A DNA stretch of 32,000 nucleotides from Crocosphaera subtropica ATCC 51142 (GTDB lineage Bacteria; Cyanobacteriota; Cyanobacteriia; Cyanobacteriales; Microcystaceae): NCBI RefSeq assembly GCF_000017845.1, contig NC_010546.1, positions 2,370,001-2,402,000 of the forward strand. The letters are read 5' to 3'. Below, one piece after another: positions 1 through 8,358 of this stretch. A program made the position numbers and the translations under genes. Position 1 is the first letter of the stretch. Each line of letters begins with the position of its first letter. The notes under the pieces are model-generated. The model ran no database searches. It saw nothing but the letters and a program-made list of their open reading frames with translations, and was not told where the DNA came from.

Positions 1-177
1 TTTAGAACTACCTTCAATTTCTACTAAACATAAACGACAAGCCCCCACATCTGAAACTCCGTCTAAATGACATAGGGTAGGGATATCAATTCCTGCATCT
101 TTAGCTGCTTCTAAAATTGTCTGATCTTCCGATGCTGTAAGTAATTGATTATTTATTATTAGGGTTTTTACTACCAT
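1..177 (-). CDS. hoxU: HoxU, NuoG-like Fe-S diaphorase subunit of the bidirectional NAD(P)-linked [NiFe] hydrogenase. Only the N-terminal 59 codons are present because the gene runs off the left edge.
   Basis: Absent from the ORF track because it is truncated. The reverse complement of 1..177 starts at ATG (177..175) and reads MVVKTLIINNQLLTASEDQTILEAAKDAGIDIPTLCHLDGVSDVGACRLCLVEIEGSSK. This is a 2Fe-2S ferredoxin-type N-terminus (C-x-G-x-C-R-L-C). A GAGG lies 7 nt upstream and overlaps the hoxF stop. The gene follows hoxE-hoxF in the canonical order. Confidence 0.8.
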   Translation of the reverse strand, partial: MVVKTLIINNQLLTASEDQTILEAAKDAGIDIPTLCHLDGVSDVGACRLCLVEIEGSSK

Positions 178-188
178 TTTTTTACCTC

Positions 189-1796
189 TTAAGTTACTTG
201 AAGTAAGCTCACATATTCATCTCGAAAATACTGTAATGTGCTAATTACTGGGTTGGGTGCAGTCATTCCTAAGCCACACAAACTGGTGTCTTTTACCATT
301 TGACAGAGGGCTTCTAATTGATCTAAATCTTGTTGAGTTGCTTTCCTTTCAACTAACTTGGTTAATAGATCATATAACTGTACCGTTCCTGCACGGCAAG
401 GAATACATTTGCCACAGCTTTCTTCTTGACAAAAATCCATATAAAATCGGGCAATTTCCACCATGCTGGTATCTTGATCCATGACGATCATGCCTCCCGA
501 TCCCATAATGGTTCCTAGCTTTTGTAAGGAATCATATTCGACGGGCGTATCTAATAAATGTGCCGGAATACAACCCCCAGAAGGACCTCCTGTTTGCACC
601 GCTTTGACTGTTCCTTGATCCAGAACGCCTCCGCCAATTTCTTCAACAATTGTTCGGATCGAAGTTCCCATCGGAACCTCAATTAATCCGTTATTTTCTA
701 TCTTTCCCGTCAGGGCAAAAACCTTGGTTCCTTTGCTATTTTCTGTCCCAATACTGGCGTACCAGTCTCCTCCTTCTCGGATAATGGGAACGATGTTTGC
801 ATAGGTTTCGACGTTATTGATAAGGGTTGGATCGCCCCATAACCCTGATTCTGCGGGATAAGGTGGACGAGGGCGAGGGGTTCCTCGTTTTCCTTCTACG
901 GAGGCGATTAAAGCGGTTTCTTCCCCACAAACAAAGGCTCCTGCCCCTACTCTGATGTCAATTTTGAAGTCAAAGGGAGAATCAAAGATTTGGGACCCCA
1001 TTAAGCCGTATCGTTTGGCTTGTTGGATGGCTTTTTCTAAGCGTTTGATGGCGAGGGGATACTCGGCACGAATGTAGATATAGCCGTGATTTGCGCCTAC
1101 TGCATAAGCTGCGATCGCCATGCCTTCTAAGATGCGATGGGGATCACTTTCTAAAACAGCCCGGTCCATAAATGCCCCTGGGTCCCCTTCATCGGCGTTA
1201 CAGATGACATATTTCTGCTGTCCTGGCATTTTTGCCACTGTTGCCCATTTTACGCCGGTGGGATAGCCTCCGCCACCCCTTCCCCTGAGTCCGCTTTTTG
1301 TGACTTCTTTGATAACGTCATTGGGGGTCATTTCTAAAAGAACATGATGTAATTGTTGATAACCCCCTTCAGCAATATAATCATCAATATTGTCTGGATC
1401 AATTTTGCCACTATTTTCCCTAACAATTAGCTTTTGATAAGCGAAGAAAGGATGATTAAGATCCCCTTGAGGGGGTAAGTTTTCCGAAGTCTTTGTCTGA
1501 TTTAAACTGGTAATAATAGCAGGGATATTCTCAAGGGTAACGTTATGATACAGGGTGGTTTCTGGGTCAATTTCGATAGAAGGACCACGACCACAAATTC
1601 CCATACAACCTACGCCAAGGACTTCGACTTCTTGTTCTAAATGGGCTTCTTTAATGGCATTATCGAGACTCTTTTTGACGCTTTCTGCCCCACAAGAAAG
1701 ACATCCCGATGCTATACAACATCGAATTTGTTTCGGTTTTTGTTGTCTTTTTTGCTTAGTTTCTTTTTGAATGGCTAAAAGTTCTTCGAGGTTCAT
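189..1796 (-). CDS. hoxF: HoxF, NuoF-like NAD(P)H/FMN-binding diaphorase subunit of the bidirectional hydrogenase
   Basis: The 545-aa track ORF has NuoF hallmarks: GLRGRGGGGYPTG, CNADEGDPGAF and a C-terminal ESCGKCIPCR 4Fe-4S motif. I place the start at the internal ATG 1796 (MNLEELLAIQ), 5 nt after the hoxE stop. The track start at 1826 would overlap hoxE. Confidence 0.95.
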   Translation of the reverse strand: MNLEELLAIQKETKQKRQQKPKQIRCCIASGCLSCGAESVKKSLDNAIKEAHLEQEVEVLGVGCMGICGRGPSIEIDPETTLYHNVTLENIPAIITSLNQTKTSENLPPQGDLNHPFFAYQKLIVRENSGKIDPDNIDDYIAEGGYQQLHHVLLEMTPNDVIKEVTKSGLRGRGGGGYPTGVKWATVAKMPGQQKYVICNADEGDPGAFMDRAVLESDPHRILEGMAIAAYAVGANHGYIYIRAEYPLAIKRLEKAIQQAKRYGLMGSQIFDSPFDFKIDIRVGAGAFVCGEETALIASVEGKRGTPRPRPPYPAESGLWGDPTLINNVETYANIVPIIREGGDWYASIGTENSKGTKVFALTGKIENNGLIEVPMGTSIRTIVEEIGGGVLDQGTVKAVQTGGPSGGCIPAHLLDTPVEYDSLQKLGTIMGSGGMIVMDQDTSMVEIARFYMDFCQEESCGKCIPCRAGTVQLYDLLTKLVERKATQQDLDQLEALCQMVKDTSLCGLGMTAPNPVISTLQYFRDEYVSLLQVT

Positions 1797-1801
1797 AATA
1801 A

Positions 1802-2323
1802 TTATGGTTCTCCATGCTGTTGCCAATTTTTGATTTTTTCTAATACATTTTCTGCTGTTTGTTTCCCTGTTACTTCTCCATCAAACACTACGGCAGGGGC
1901 AATACCACAAGCTCCTAAGCATCTTGCAGAAAGTAAAGAAATTTGTTTATCGGCTGTCGTTTCTCCTGATTTTATGCCTAATTCTTGTTGTAATGCAGCT
2001 AAAATTTTATCACTGCCTTTAACATAACAAGCTGTTCCTAAACAAACAACACAAGTATGTTTGCCACTGGGTTTAAGGGAGAATAAATGATAAAAAGTTG
2101 CAACTCCATAAACTCGACTTAAAGGCAGTTTTAAGGCATGAGCAACATATTCTAAAACGTCGGGTTCTAGATAGCCAAAAGCTTCTTGTGCTTTGTGTAA
2201 AATTTCGATGAGAGCATCTTGCCGATAATGATTCCGCTTCATCGTAACCTCAAGTATTTTGAAGCGTTTATCTACTTTTTGACCAGATTTTTGAGGCTGT
2301 TTGGTCAGGGTTTTAGTTTCCAT
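1802..2323 (-). CDS. hoxE: HoxE, NuoE-like 2Fe-2S diaphorase subunit of the bidirectional hydrogenase
   Basis: 173 aa with a NuoE-type thioredoxin-like ferredoxin pattern (CxxxxC in [15 protein letters not shown], and [11 protein letters not shown]). It lies immediately upstream of hoxF. Confidence 0.92.
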   Translation of the reverse strand: METKTLTKQPQKSGQKVDKRFKILEVTMKRNHYRQDALIEILHKAQEAFGYLEPDVLEYVAHALKLPLSRVYGVATFYHLFSLKPSGKHTCVVCLGTACYVKGSDKILAALQQELGIKSGETTADKQISLLSARCLGACGIAPAVVFDGEVTGKQTAENVLEKIKNWQQHGEP

Positions 2324-2533
2324 ATTTTTTTCTTTTCTCTTACTTTCTATTATCTCATTTTTTGACTAAGCTAAAAAAGACAACAAGGTTATGAAAATAT
2401 TAAGATTTTCCTCAATGATTATTTTCTTTTTCTATGCTAAAAGAAAATAAATAGTCTGAACTCCAATGTTAACGTTTTTTTATAAACAACAAAATCCTTT
2501 CTAAATTAAACTATCTTGATGAAGATTAACTGT

Positions 2534-3148
2534 TTAATTAGCTATATCAAAAATTTGTTGTGCTGTTAAATTAAGATTAGGAAAAATAGAAGAAATTAAA
2601 ACATCATTTTCCCTAAATTGTTGTAGTTGATATTCATCATCAACCAATTGATAAATAGAAATTGTCGGCTGTTTCGGATCACCAATATACCGTTTTCCTC
2701 CTAATCCTAAATAATCAACAATCCAATATTCAGTTATTCCTAACGCTTCATAATCAATCAATTTATGGCCATAATCATAACCCCAGTTTGTACTAACCAC
2801 TTCTATTACTAAAGGAACGGTTTTTCCTTGTGTAATAGTTGATCGTGTTTTCCATAAAGATTCATTATTTAAGTTAGATTTATCAAGAATCAGTACATCA
2901 GGGTTATAAGCAGATTTATTGGTATCAAGGGGTTTAATTAATGCTTGTTTGGGTATCAGATAAGGGAGATCAAACTTTTCAATTTGTACAGCTAATTTAA
3001 TGGTAAGAAAACTAATGACTTCTTCATGATTTCCTATTGGTTGCATTTCAAAAATAGCCCCATCATGTAATTCATAACGTCCGAAACCGTCGGGATACCA
3101 GTCCCAAAATTCTTCTAATGTGATAGGTTGTGAAATTGTTGTAATCAT
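2534..3148 (-). CDS. Uma2 family (DUF820) PD-(D/E)xK-fold putative endonuclease, copy A
   Basis: 204 aa. The N-terminus has the family-typical ITLEEF...YELHDGAIFEMQP pattern. The core has NPDVLILD ... PLVIEVVSTNW (D ... E-x-x-S nuclease-like residues). Confidence 0.85.
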   Translation of the reverse strand: MITTISQPITLEEFWDWYPDGFGRYELHDGAIFEMQPIGNHEEVISFLTIKLAVQIEKFDLPYLIPKQALIKPLDTNKSAYNPDVLILDKSNLNNESLWKTRSTITQGKTVPLVIEVVSTNWGYDYGHKLIDYEALGITEYWIVDYLGLGGKRYIGDPKQPTISIYQLVDDEYQLQQFRENDVLISSIFPNLNLTAQQIFDIAN

Positions 3149-3161
3149 AATTTTATAAGGT

Positions 3162-3845
3162 TTAAAGTTGTCCTAATTCTCTTAATTTAGCTTCTAATTC
3201 CTTAACTTTAGCTTCAGCTTCCTGCGCCCTTTTTTCAGCTTGTTTTGCTCTTATTTCGGCTTCTTGTTTCAATTTTCCTAATTCTACATAGGTTAAAAAA
3301 GGTTCATCGGTTGGGGTAAATAATTGTAAGTCATTTTCAGTTATTTCAAACCGAACTTTTAAACGGGGACTAATCCAGCCGTCCATTATTTCAATTAATT
3401 TTAACTGATTTTCTTCTCTCATCCAACCACACAAATCAATTTTATCAGGATCATAGACATAATATTCTTCCACACCATAACGATTATAAAATTCAAATTT
3501 TTGGCTCATTTCTGCTAACGTATTACCAGGGGAAAGTATTTCAAAAACGACTTGAGGAGAAATATTATTTTCTTCCCATTGTTTATAAGAACCCCTATCC
3601 CCTTTCGGACGACCAAATACTACCATAACATCAGGGGCGCGTCGTAGTTTATTATTACCTTGAATGGGATACCATAACAAGTCACCTGCAACGAAAACAT
3701 CACGGTTATCGTTAAATAATAACTCTAAGTTTTCTTTAATAGTAACAATTAATCGAAACTGTTTCGTATTATCGGCCATGGGTTGACCATCACTATCGGG
3801 ATAGATAATATTATTTTCAGTTTGGTTATTTATCTGCTGTACCAT
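3162..3845 (-). CDS. Uma2 family (DUF820) putative endonuclease, copy B, with a C-terminal coiled-coil tail
   Basis: 227 aa. It has YPDSDGQPMADNTKQF, APDVMVVF and PQVVFEILSPGN, all typical of the second Uma2 subtype. The last ~35 aa are Ala/Glu/Lys heptad-like (QEAEIRAKQAEKRAQEAEAKVKELEAKLRELGQL). Confidence 0.85.
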   Translation of the reverse strand: MVQQINNQTENNIIYPDSDGQPMADNTKQFRLIVTIKENLELLFNDNRDVFVAGDLLWYPIQGNNKLRRAPDVMVVFGRPKGDRGSYKQWEENNISPQVVFEILSPGNTLAEMSQKFEFYNRYGVEEYYVYDPDKIDLCGWMREENQLKLIEIMDGWISPRLKVRFEITENDLQLFTPTDEPFLTYVELGKLKQEAEIRAKQAEKRAQEAEAKVKELEAKLRELGQL

Positions 3846-3901
3846 CGTTTTTATGTTTTCTATGACAACATTAATTTAATTATATCGTTAAATATTCTAT
3901 C

Positions 3902-3930
3902 GGAGTCAGGAGTCAGGAGTCAGGAGTCAG
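3902..3930. repeat. Perfect heptanucleotide tandem repeat (GGAGTCA) x4, STRR-like
   Basis: Read directly: GGAGTCA GGAGTCA GGAGTCA GGAGTCA G, in the intergenic region upstream of Uma2 copy B. Confidence 0.9.
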
Positions 3931-4131
3931 AATTTAAGTCTTATTTTTATCTTATAAGTTCGATACAATCTATATTTTTTGTGTTTAACGTCATTAATTA
4001 GATAATTAAAAGTCTTTGTTCATTACAAACTTAAGCTTATATTAAGATTCACAATAGAACACTTTTATTTATTGTAGTATAATTAAACTGTTTTGATATA
4101 TTGAATATTGAATTGAGGTGTAATTAAATAA

Positions 4132-4551
4132 ATGAATAGTGAGAAAAATTTGCAAAGCTTTGGTCTGGGGATAATTGGAATTTTAATTATTGGGCTAATA
4201 CTTTAAAAAGTTGAAATATATGAGCAGATAATTAAGTTATTTTTTGATTCTTTATTTGCTGATAAATTAGGTCAAAAACCGAAGTCTGAAGAAGAATTAA
4301 TTAAAGAATTTGCTAATATGACACCTGATTTAATTTTATGGGCATCTGATGATGTTTTGCAATTTTATGTTAAATTTCGTCAAATTGCTAATAATTCTCT
4401 AAAAAATCAAGCTAATGATTCTATATTTTTGTTTGCTAGGATGTTATTAGCTATGAGAAAAGACTTAGGACATCAAAATAACCAAATCAATGAAAATTTG
4501 ATCTTAGGTACGTTTATTAATGATGTTGCAAATCTTCCCAAATTGGAATAA
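4132..4551 (+). pseudogene. Hypothetical membrane-anchored protein gene interrupted by one in-frame TAA (4204..4206). The track shows only the distal 77-aa part (4318..4551).
   Basis: ATG 4132 is preceded by GAGGTG and gives MNSEKNLQSFGLGIIGILIIGLIL (a TM helix), then TAA. The same frame then continues open from 4207 (KVEIYEQIIKLFFDSLFADKLGQKPKSEEELIKEFAN-MTPD...) to the stop at 4551. Codon usage matches neighbouring genes (tta, att, gat, aaa). There is no in-frame ATG/GTG/TTG between 4207 and 4318. Confidence 0.4.
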
Positions 4552-4608
4552 TTTATATTTCTAAATTCATAGCTTACCTTAAATCATAAAAGTAAGCTAT
4601 AAAAATAA

Positions 4609-5649
4609 TTAAGCATTATTTATTTGATTCCGAAAATCAGCCATATCTGCATAAATTTTACGCGCCCTATTAACTCCCCCTAAAGGTCGATATTCTTCTA
4701 AACAATTCCACGGTGAAAAAGACTGCTTTTCGTCGGTTTCTATCCGTTCTTGACTATTAAATTCCTGTTTAAAAATCCTCATAGTTGCCACTTTAATAAA
4801 AGGAGATTCTTTCTCATCCCATAATACTGTTGGATCTTCAATAGGCATTTTTTCAGCATCAGTTTGTAATTGAATACAGAAGTCAAAATAAGCATCTTTT
4901 TCGGCTAAATGCTTAGTCATTGCTTCTCTTAAATAATTCGTTTTATCTTCCGCAGTTTCAATATTAAATTTTTTCCCTTCAAGATGAGGAAAAACAGCAT
5001 ATTTCATGGCAATATCCCCAAATTTATAAGGGGTTGCACTCCAATAATTAGCCTCCAAAGGACTCGTCATAACCTGACTTCTGACTTGATTCAATAAAGG
5101 CAAAGAATAAGCGATCGCTTCATAAGATGCTTTTAATTTATCAGGAATTTGTTTAGGCGTTCCATCAGCATTCATAATAATTTTTCCGTCCCGAATACCA
5201 TTAACAATAGGAAAGAAATCTAAATAAGCTTTTGCATCTCTGAGAAAAAAGATCGGGGTATTAACTACAATAAAATCTTGTTCATTGGGGGCAGAATCTT
5301 CAAATGCTTTGCATCCTTCAACCCCTAATAATTTAATCGAAACCCCTCGAATATCTCCCCTTATATCAGGTTGAAAATTTCCAGTTTCATCTGATGCACC
5401 ACTCCCATTAGAAAAGCGAACCCATATCGGATAAGTTTGCGGTTTGGCAAAAATTCCGACCTTAAATTGATCGGACATATTTTCCTCAATAATAAACTCT
5501 CCTTGAACATAACCATGACTCTTAGGATGTTGAGTTCTTGGACTCGGAGAAAACTTATAATCCCTCATCAAAAATTCAAAAATCTCAACTAATTTTTTAA
5601 TGGTTTCTTGTTCGTCTTCTGGGAAATATTCTTGACCGAGTTGTGACAT
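4609..5649 (-). CDS. Catalase-related haem protein (short catalase-fold family, not a canonical monofunctional catalase)
   Basis: 346 aa. It has a distal-side-like PRTQHPKSHG and VRFSNGSG (compare catalase R-x-x-H...RFS), and a C-terminal RKIYAD tyrosine-containing segment like the proximal ligand region. It is about 130-150 aa shorter than typical catalases. Confidence 0.8.
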   Translation of the reverse strand: MSQLGQEYFPEDEQETIKKLVEIFEFLMRDYKFSPSPRTQHPKSHGYVQGEFIIEENMSDQFKVGIFAKPQTYPIWVRFSNGSGASDETGNFQPDIRGDIRGVSIKLLGVEGCKAFEDSAPNEQDFIVVNTPIFFLRDAKAYLDFFPIVNGIRDGKIIMNADGTPKQIPDKLKASYEAIAYSLPLLNQVRSQVMTSPLEANYWSATPYKFGDIAMKYAVFPHLEGKKFNIETAEDKTNYLREAMTKHLAEKDAYFDFCIQLQTDAEKMPIEDPTVLWDEKESPFIKVATMRIFKQEFNSQERIETDEKQSFSPWNCLEEYRPLGGVNRARKIYADMADFRNQINNA

Positions 5650-5747
5650 AATGACCTCTTAGTTTTGCCGAATGTTTCTTCTTTTATACCTAAACTCTTG
5701 TTTATTTCTCTTATTTTTAAGGATAAAAACGACTTTATTTTTTAACT

Positions 5748-5775
5748 CTGAACCCCTAACCCTAAACTCCGAACC
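5748..5775. repeat. Degenerate heptamer tract (CTGAACC CCTAACC CTAAACT CCGAACC), STRR-like
   Basis: The 7-nt periodicity was read directly in the divergent intergenic region between the catalase-like gene and ho2. Confidence 0.5.
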
Positions 5776-5937
5776 CACCTTTATGTTAAGTTTTGCTACG
5801 TTTAGCAGTTAAGTGATAATATAACTGTATAGTAATAAACTGAAATGGAAATTAAAGCAGTGGATTTAGGGCTGAAGACAGAGAGAGTAATTTTCGTCTA
5901 AAGTCTAACCTCTGACTGCTACTAAGAGGTATTGATC

Positions 5938-6693
5938 ATGAGTAATAACTTAGCCCTCAAGCTTCGGGAAGGAACCAGTCATTCTCACACCCTGGCAGAG
6001 AATACAGCCTTTACCAAGTGTTTCCTCAAGGGTATTGTAGAAAGAGAACCCTTTCGTAAACTGTTAGCTGACTTTTATTTCTTATATTCTACTCTAGAAC
6101 AAGAATTAGAACGCCATAAAGACGATCCTGTTATTAGTAAGATTTATTTTCCCGAATTAAACCGTAAAGAAAACTTAGTAAAAGACCTAGAATACTACTA
6201 CGGAGAAAATTGGGCAGCCGATATTTTTCCCTCAGTGGCTGGTCAAACTTATGTAGCAAGAATTCGGGAAGTTTCTCAGACGGAACCTGCCTTATTAGTT
6301 GCCCATTCTTATGTGCGTTATATGGGTGATTTATCTGGGGGTCAAAGCTTAAAAAATATTGCTCGTTCAGCCTTAGAATTACCTGAAAATAAAGGAACCC
6401 AATTCTACGAATTTGAACAAATTGCTACTGCAGAAGCCAGACGAGAATTTAAAGGAAAATATCGGGATGGTTTAAACGCTTTACTCATCGATGAAACCAT
6501 AGAAGAAAAGATTATCGAAGAAGCAAACCACGCCTTTAAATTAAACCGTGATGTGGTCCATGAATTAGAAGCTGATGTTAAAGAAGCCATCGGTGATCAT
6601 GTGTTTGAATTAATCACTCGTCAGGCAATTCCTGGGGCAACTGAACACCCTCATGGTCAGGGTCATCCCCACAGTGTAGCTATTGCCGAATAA
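5938..6693 (+). CDS. ho2: Haem oxygenase, HO-2 type (low-oxygen paralogue)
   Basis: It has SHTLAENTAF-KCFLKGIVEREPFRKLLA and YMGDLSGGQSLKNI, which match my recollection of Synechocystis HO-2 rather than HO-1. It lies directly upstream of hemN, as in the sll1875-sll1876 arrangement. The start is set at ATG 5938, 8 nt after AAGAGG; the track ORF begins at TTG 5932. Confidence 0.93.
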   Translation: MSNNLALKLREGTSHSHTLAENTAFTKCFLKGIVEREPFRKLLADFYFLYSTLEQELERHKDDPVISKIYFPELNRKENLVKDLEYYYGENWAADIFPSVAGQTYVARIREVSQTEPALLVAHSYVRYMGDLSGGQSLKNIARSALELPENKGTQFYEFEQIATAEARREFKGKYRDGLNALLIDETIEEKIIEEANHAFKLNRDVVHELEADVKEAIGDHVFELITRQAIPGATEHPHGQGHPHSVAIAE

Positions 6694-6833
6694 AGCTGTC
6701 AATCCTGTTATTACAAAGGGGAAAAGTTAGAAAAATAAACCATTGAGTTGCTATTTTTATTAAACTGACTTCCCCTTTTTTTCTGCTCGATCCTACCTAA
6801 GTTATCTAAACTCTTGAGAGGCTAATTAAGACT

Positions 6834-8231
6834 ATGAACTTAACAGCTAAAACCATTGAATTTGACAAAGACTTAATCAAAAAATACGACAAATCTCTAC
6901 CCAGATATACCAGTTACCCCCCTGCAACAGAACTTAAAACTAAGGTAGGAGAAGTAGAATTTAGAGCAGGAATTGCAGCAGGAAACCATAAAAAAACTCC
7001 CCTTTCTCTCTACTGTCATATTCCTTTTTGTGAAACTGCTTGTTATTTTTGTGGTTGTAATACCATTATTACAGGAAATAAAAAAGTTGCCGATCCTTAC
7101 TTAGAATATTTAATTAAAGATATTGAAAGAACCGCCGAATTAATTTCCCCTAATCGTGCAGTTAATCAAATTCATTGGGGAGGGGGAACCCCAAACTACT
7201 TAAATCAATCCCAAATTGATCGCTTATTTAATACTTTAGTCAAAAACTTTAATATTGACAAAGATGCCGAGATATCCATTGAAGTCAATCCCCGATATCT
7301 TGATCGCAATTTGATCTTTTTCTTGAGACAGTTAGGGTTTAATCGCATTAGTTTCGGCATACAAGATTTTGACCCGAAAGTACAAAAAGTAATTAACCGT
7401 GTTCAACCGGAAGAAATGTTATTTAATGTCATGGGTTGGATGAGAGAAGCTGAGTTTGAAAGTGTCAATGTTGACCTCATTTATGGACTTCCCTATCAAA
7501 ACCGAGACACCTTTAAAAAGACCGTTCAAAAGACCATAGAATTAGATCCCGATCGCATTGCTGTGTTTAACTTTGCTTATATTCCTTGGATTAAACCAGC
7601 GCAAAAAAATCTTCCCGTTGATGAACTTCCTAATGCGTCAGAAAAGTTAGCCATGCTGCAAATGACCATCGAAGAATTCAACAATAACGATTATTTATTC
7701 ATCGGAATGGATCACTTTGCCAAAGCCAATGATGAATTGGCGATCGCCCAATCACAAGGAGATTTACATCGTAACTTTCAAGGTTACACCACCAAACCAG
7801 AATCTGATCTTTTAGCCTTTGGCATGACATCTATTAGTATGTTACATGATGTTTATGTTCAAAATCATAAGAAGATTAAAGACTATTATAAAGCCTTAGA
7901 TGAGGGACATTTACCCATTGAAAAAGGTGTAACGTTAAGCAAAGATGACATTATTCGTCGGGCTGTTATTATGGAATTAATGTGTCAATCTCAACTCTAT
8001 AAAGATCGCATTGAAGAGAAATATAACCTCAATTTTGATCTTGATTTTGACGAATATTTTGCCCAAGAATTAATCGATCTCAAACCTTTAGAGGCCGATG
8101 GATTAATCCATTTACATAGCGATCGCCTAGAAGTCACCAATACTGGTCGCTGGTTGATTAGAAATATTGCTGCGGTATTTGATCCTTATCTCAAAGGACG
8201 TAAAGAACAGTCGTTTTCTAAGGCTATTTAG
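6834..8231 (+). CDS. hemN: Oxygen-independent coproporphyrinogen III oxidase (radical SAM)
   Basis: 465 aa with the radical-SAM CxxxCxxC motif (CHIPFCETACYFCGC), GGGTPN and an HemN-type C-terminal domain. Confidence 0.95.
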   Translation: MNLTAKTIEFDKDLIKKYDKSLPRYTSYPPATELKTKVGEVEFRAGIAAGNHKKTPLSLYCHIPFCETACYFCGCNTIITGNKKVADPYLEYLIKDIERTAELISPNRAVNQIHWGGGTPNYLNQSQIDRLFNTLVKNFNIDKDAEISIEVNPRYLDRNLIFFLRQLGFNRISFGIQDFDPKVQKVINRVQPEEMLFNVMGWMREAEFESVNVDLIYGLPYQNRDTFKKTVQKTIELDPDRIAVFNFAYIPWIKPAQKNLPVDELPNASEKLAMLQMTIEEFNNNDYLFIGMDHFAKANDELAIAQSQGDLHRNFQGYTTKPESDLLAFGMTSISMLHDVYVQNHKKIKDYYKALDEGHLPIEKGVTLSKDDIIRRAVIMELMCQSQLYKDRIEEKYNLNFDLDFDEYFAQELIDLKPLEADGLIHLHSDRLEVTNTGRWLIRNIAAVFDPYLKGRKEQSFSKAI

Positions 8232-8238
8232 AGGTTAT

Positions 8239-8258
8239 TAGGGGAGCAATTTCCCCTA
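8239..8258. terminator. Candidate bidirectional terminator hairpin between convergent hemN and the Dam methyltransferase gene
   Basis: TAGGGGA (8239..8245) pairs with TCCCCTA (8252..8258) around the 6-nt loop gcaatt. It starts 8 nt after the hemN stop. No clean U-tract follows on either strand. Confidence 0.35.
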
Positions 8259-8358
8259 TACTAATATCAATTAAACTTATTCAATTAAAATTCCTAATTG
8301 AATCATATTAAGCTTCAGAATATAGTCAATTTTATTAAACGTATCATATAATGGTTTT

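Noticed and set aside
1797-1826. N-terminal extension of hoxF ([10 protein letters not shown]) given by the ORF track.
   Set aside because: It would overlap the end of hoxE by 25 nt. The internal ATG at 1796 lies 5 nt after the hoxE stop and gives the usual HoxF N-terminus.
257-2027. Plus-strand ORFs 257..484, 1555..1770 and 1830..2027, which lie inside hoxF and hoxE.
   Set aside because: They are antisense to well-supported genes with strong family motifs. They have low-complexity or odd composition and no ribosome-binding sites. These are typical shadow ORFs.
3783-4001. 72-aa plus-strand ORF spanning the Uma2-B start and the heptamer repeat.
   Set aside because: It overlaps the Uma2 coding start in antisense, and part of it is just a translation of the GGAGTCA tandem repeat. 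Its composition is extremely AT-rich.
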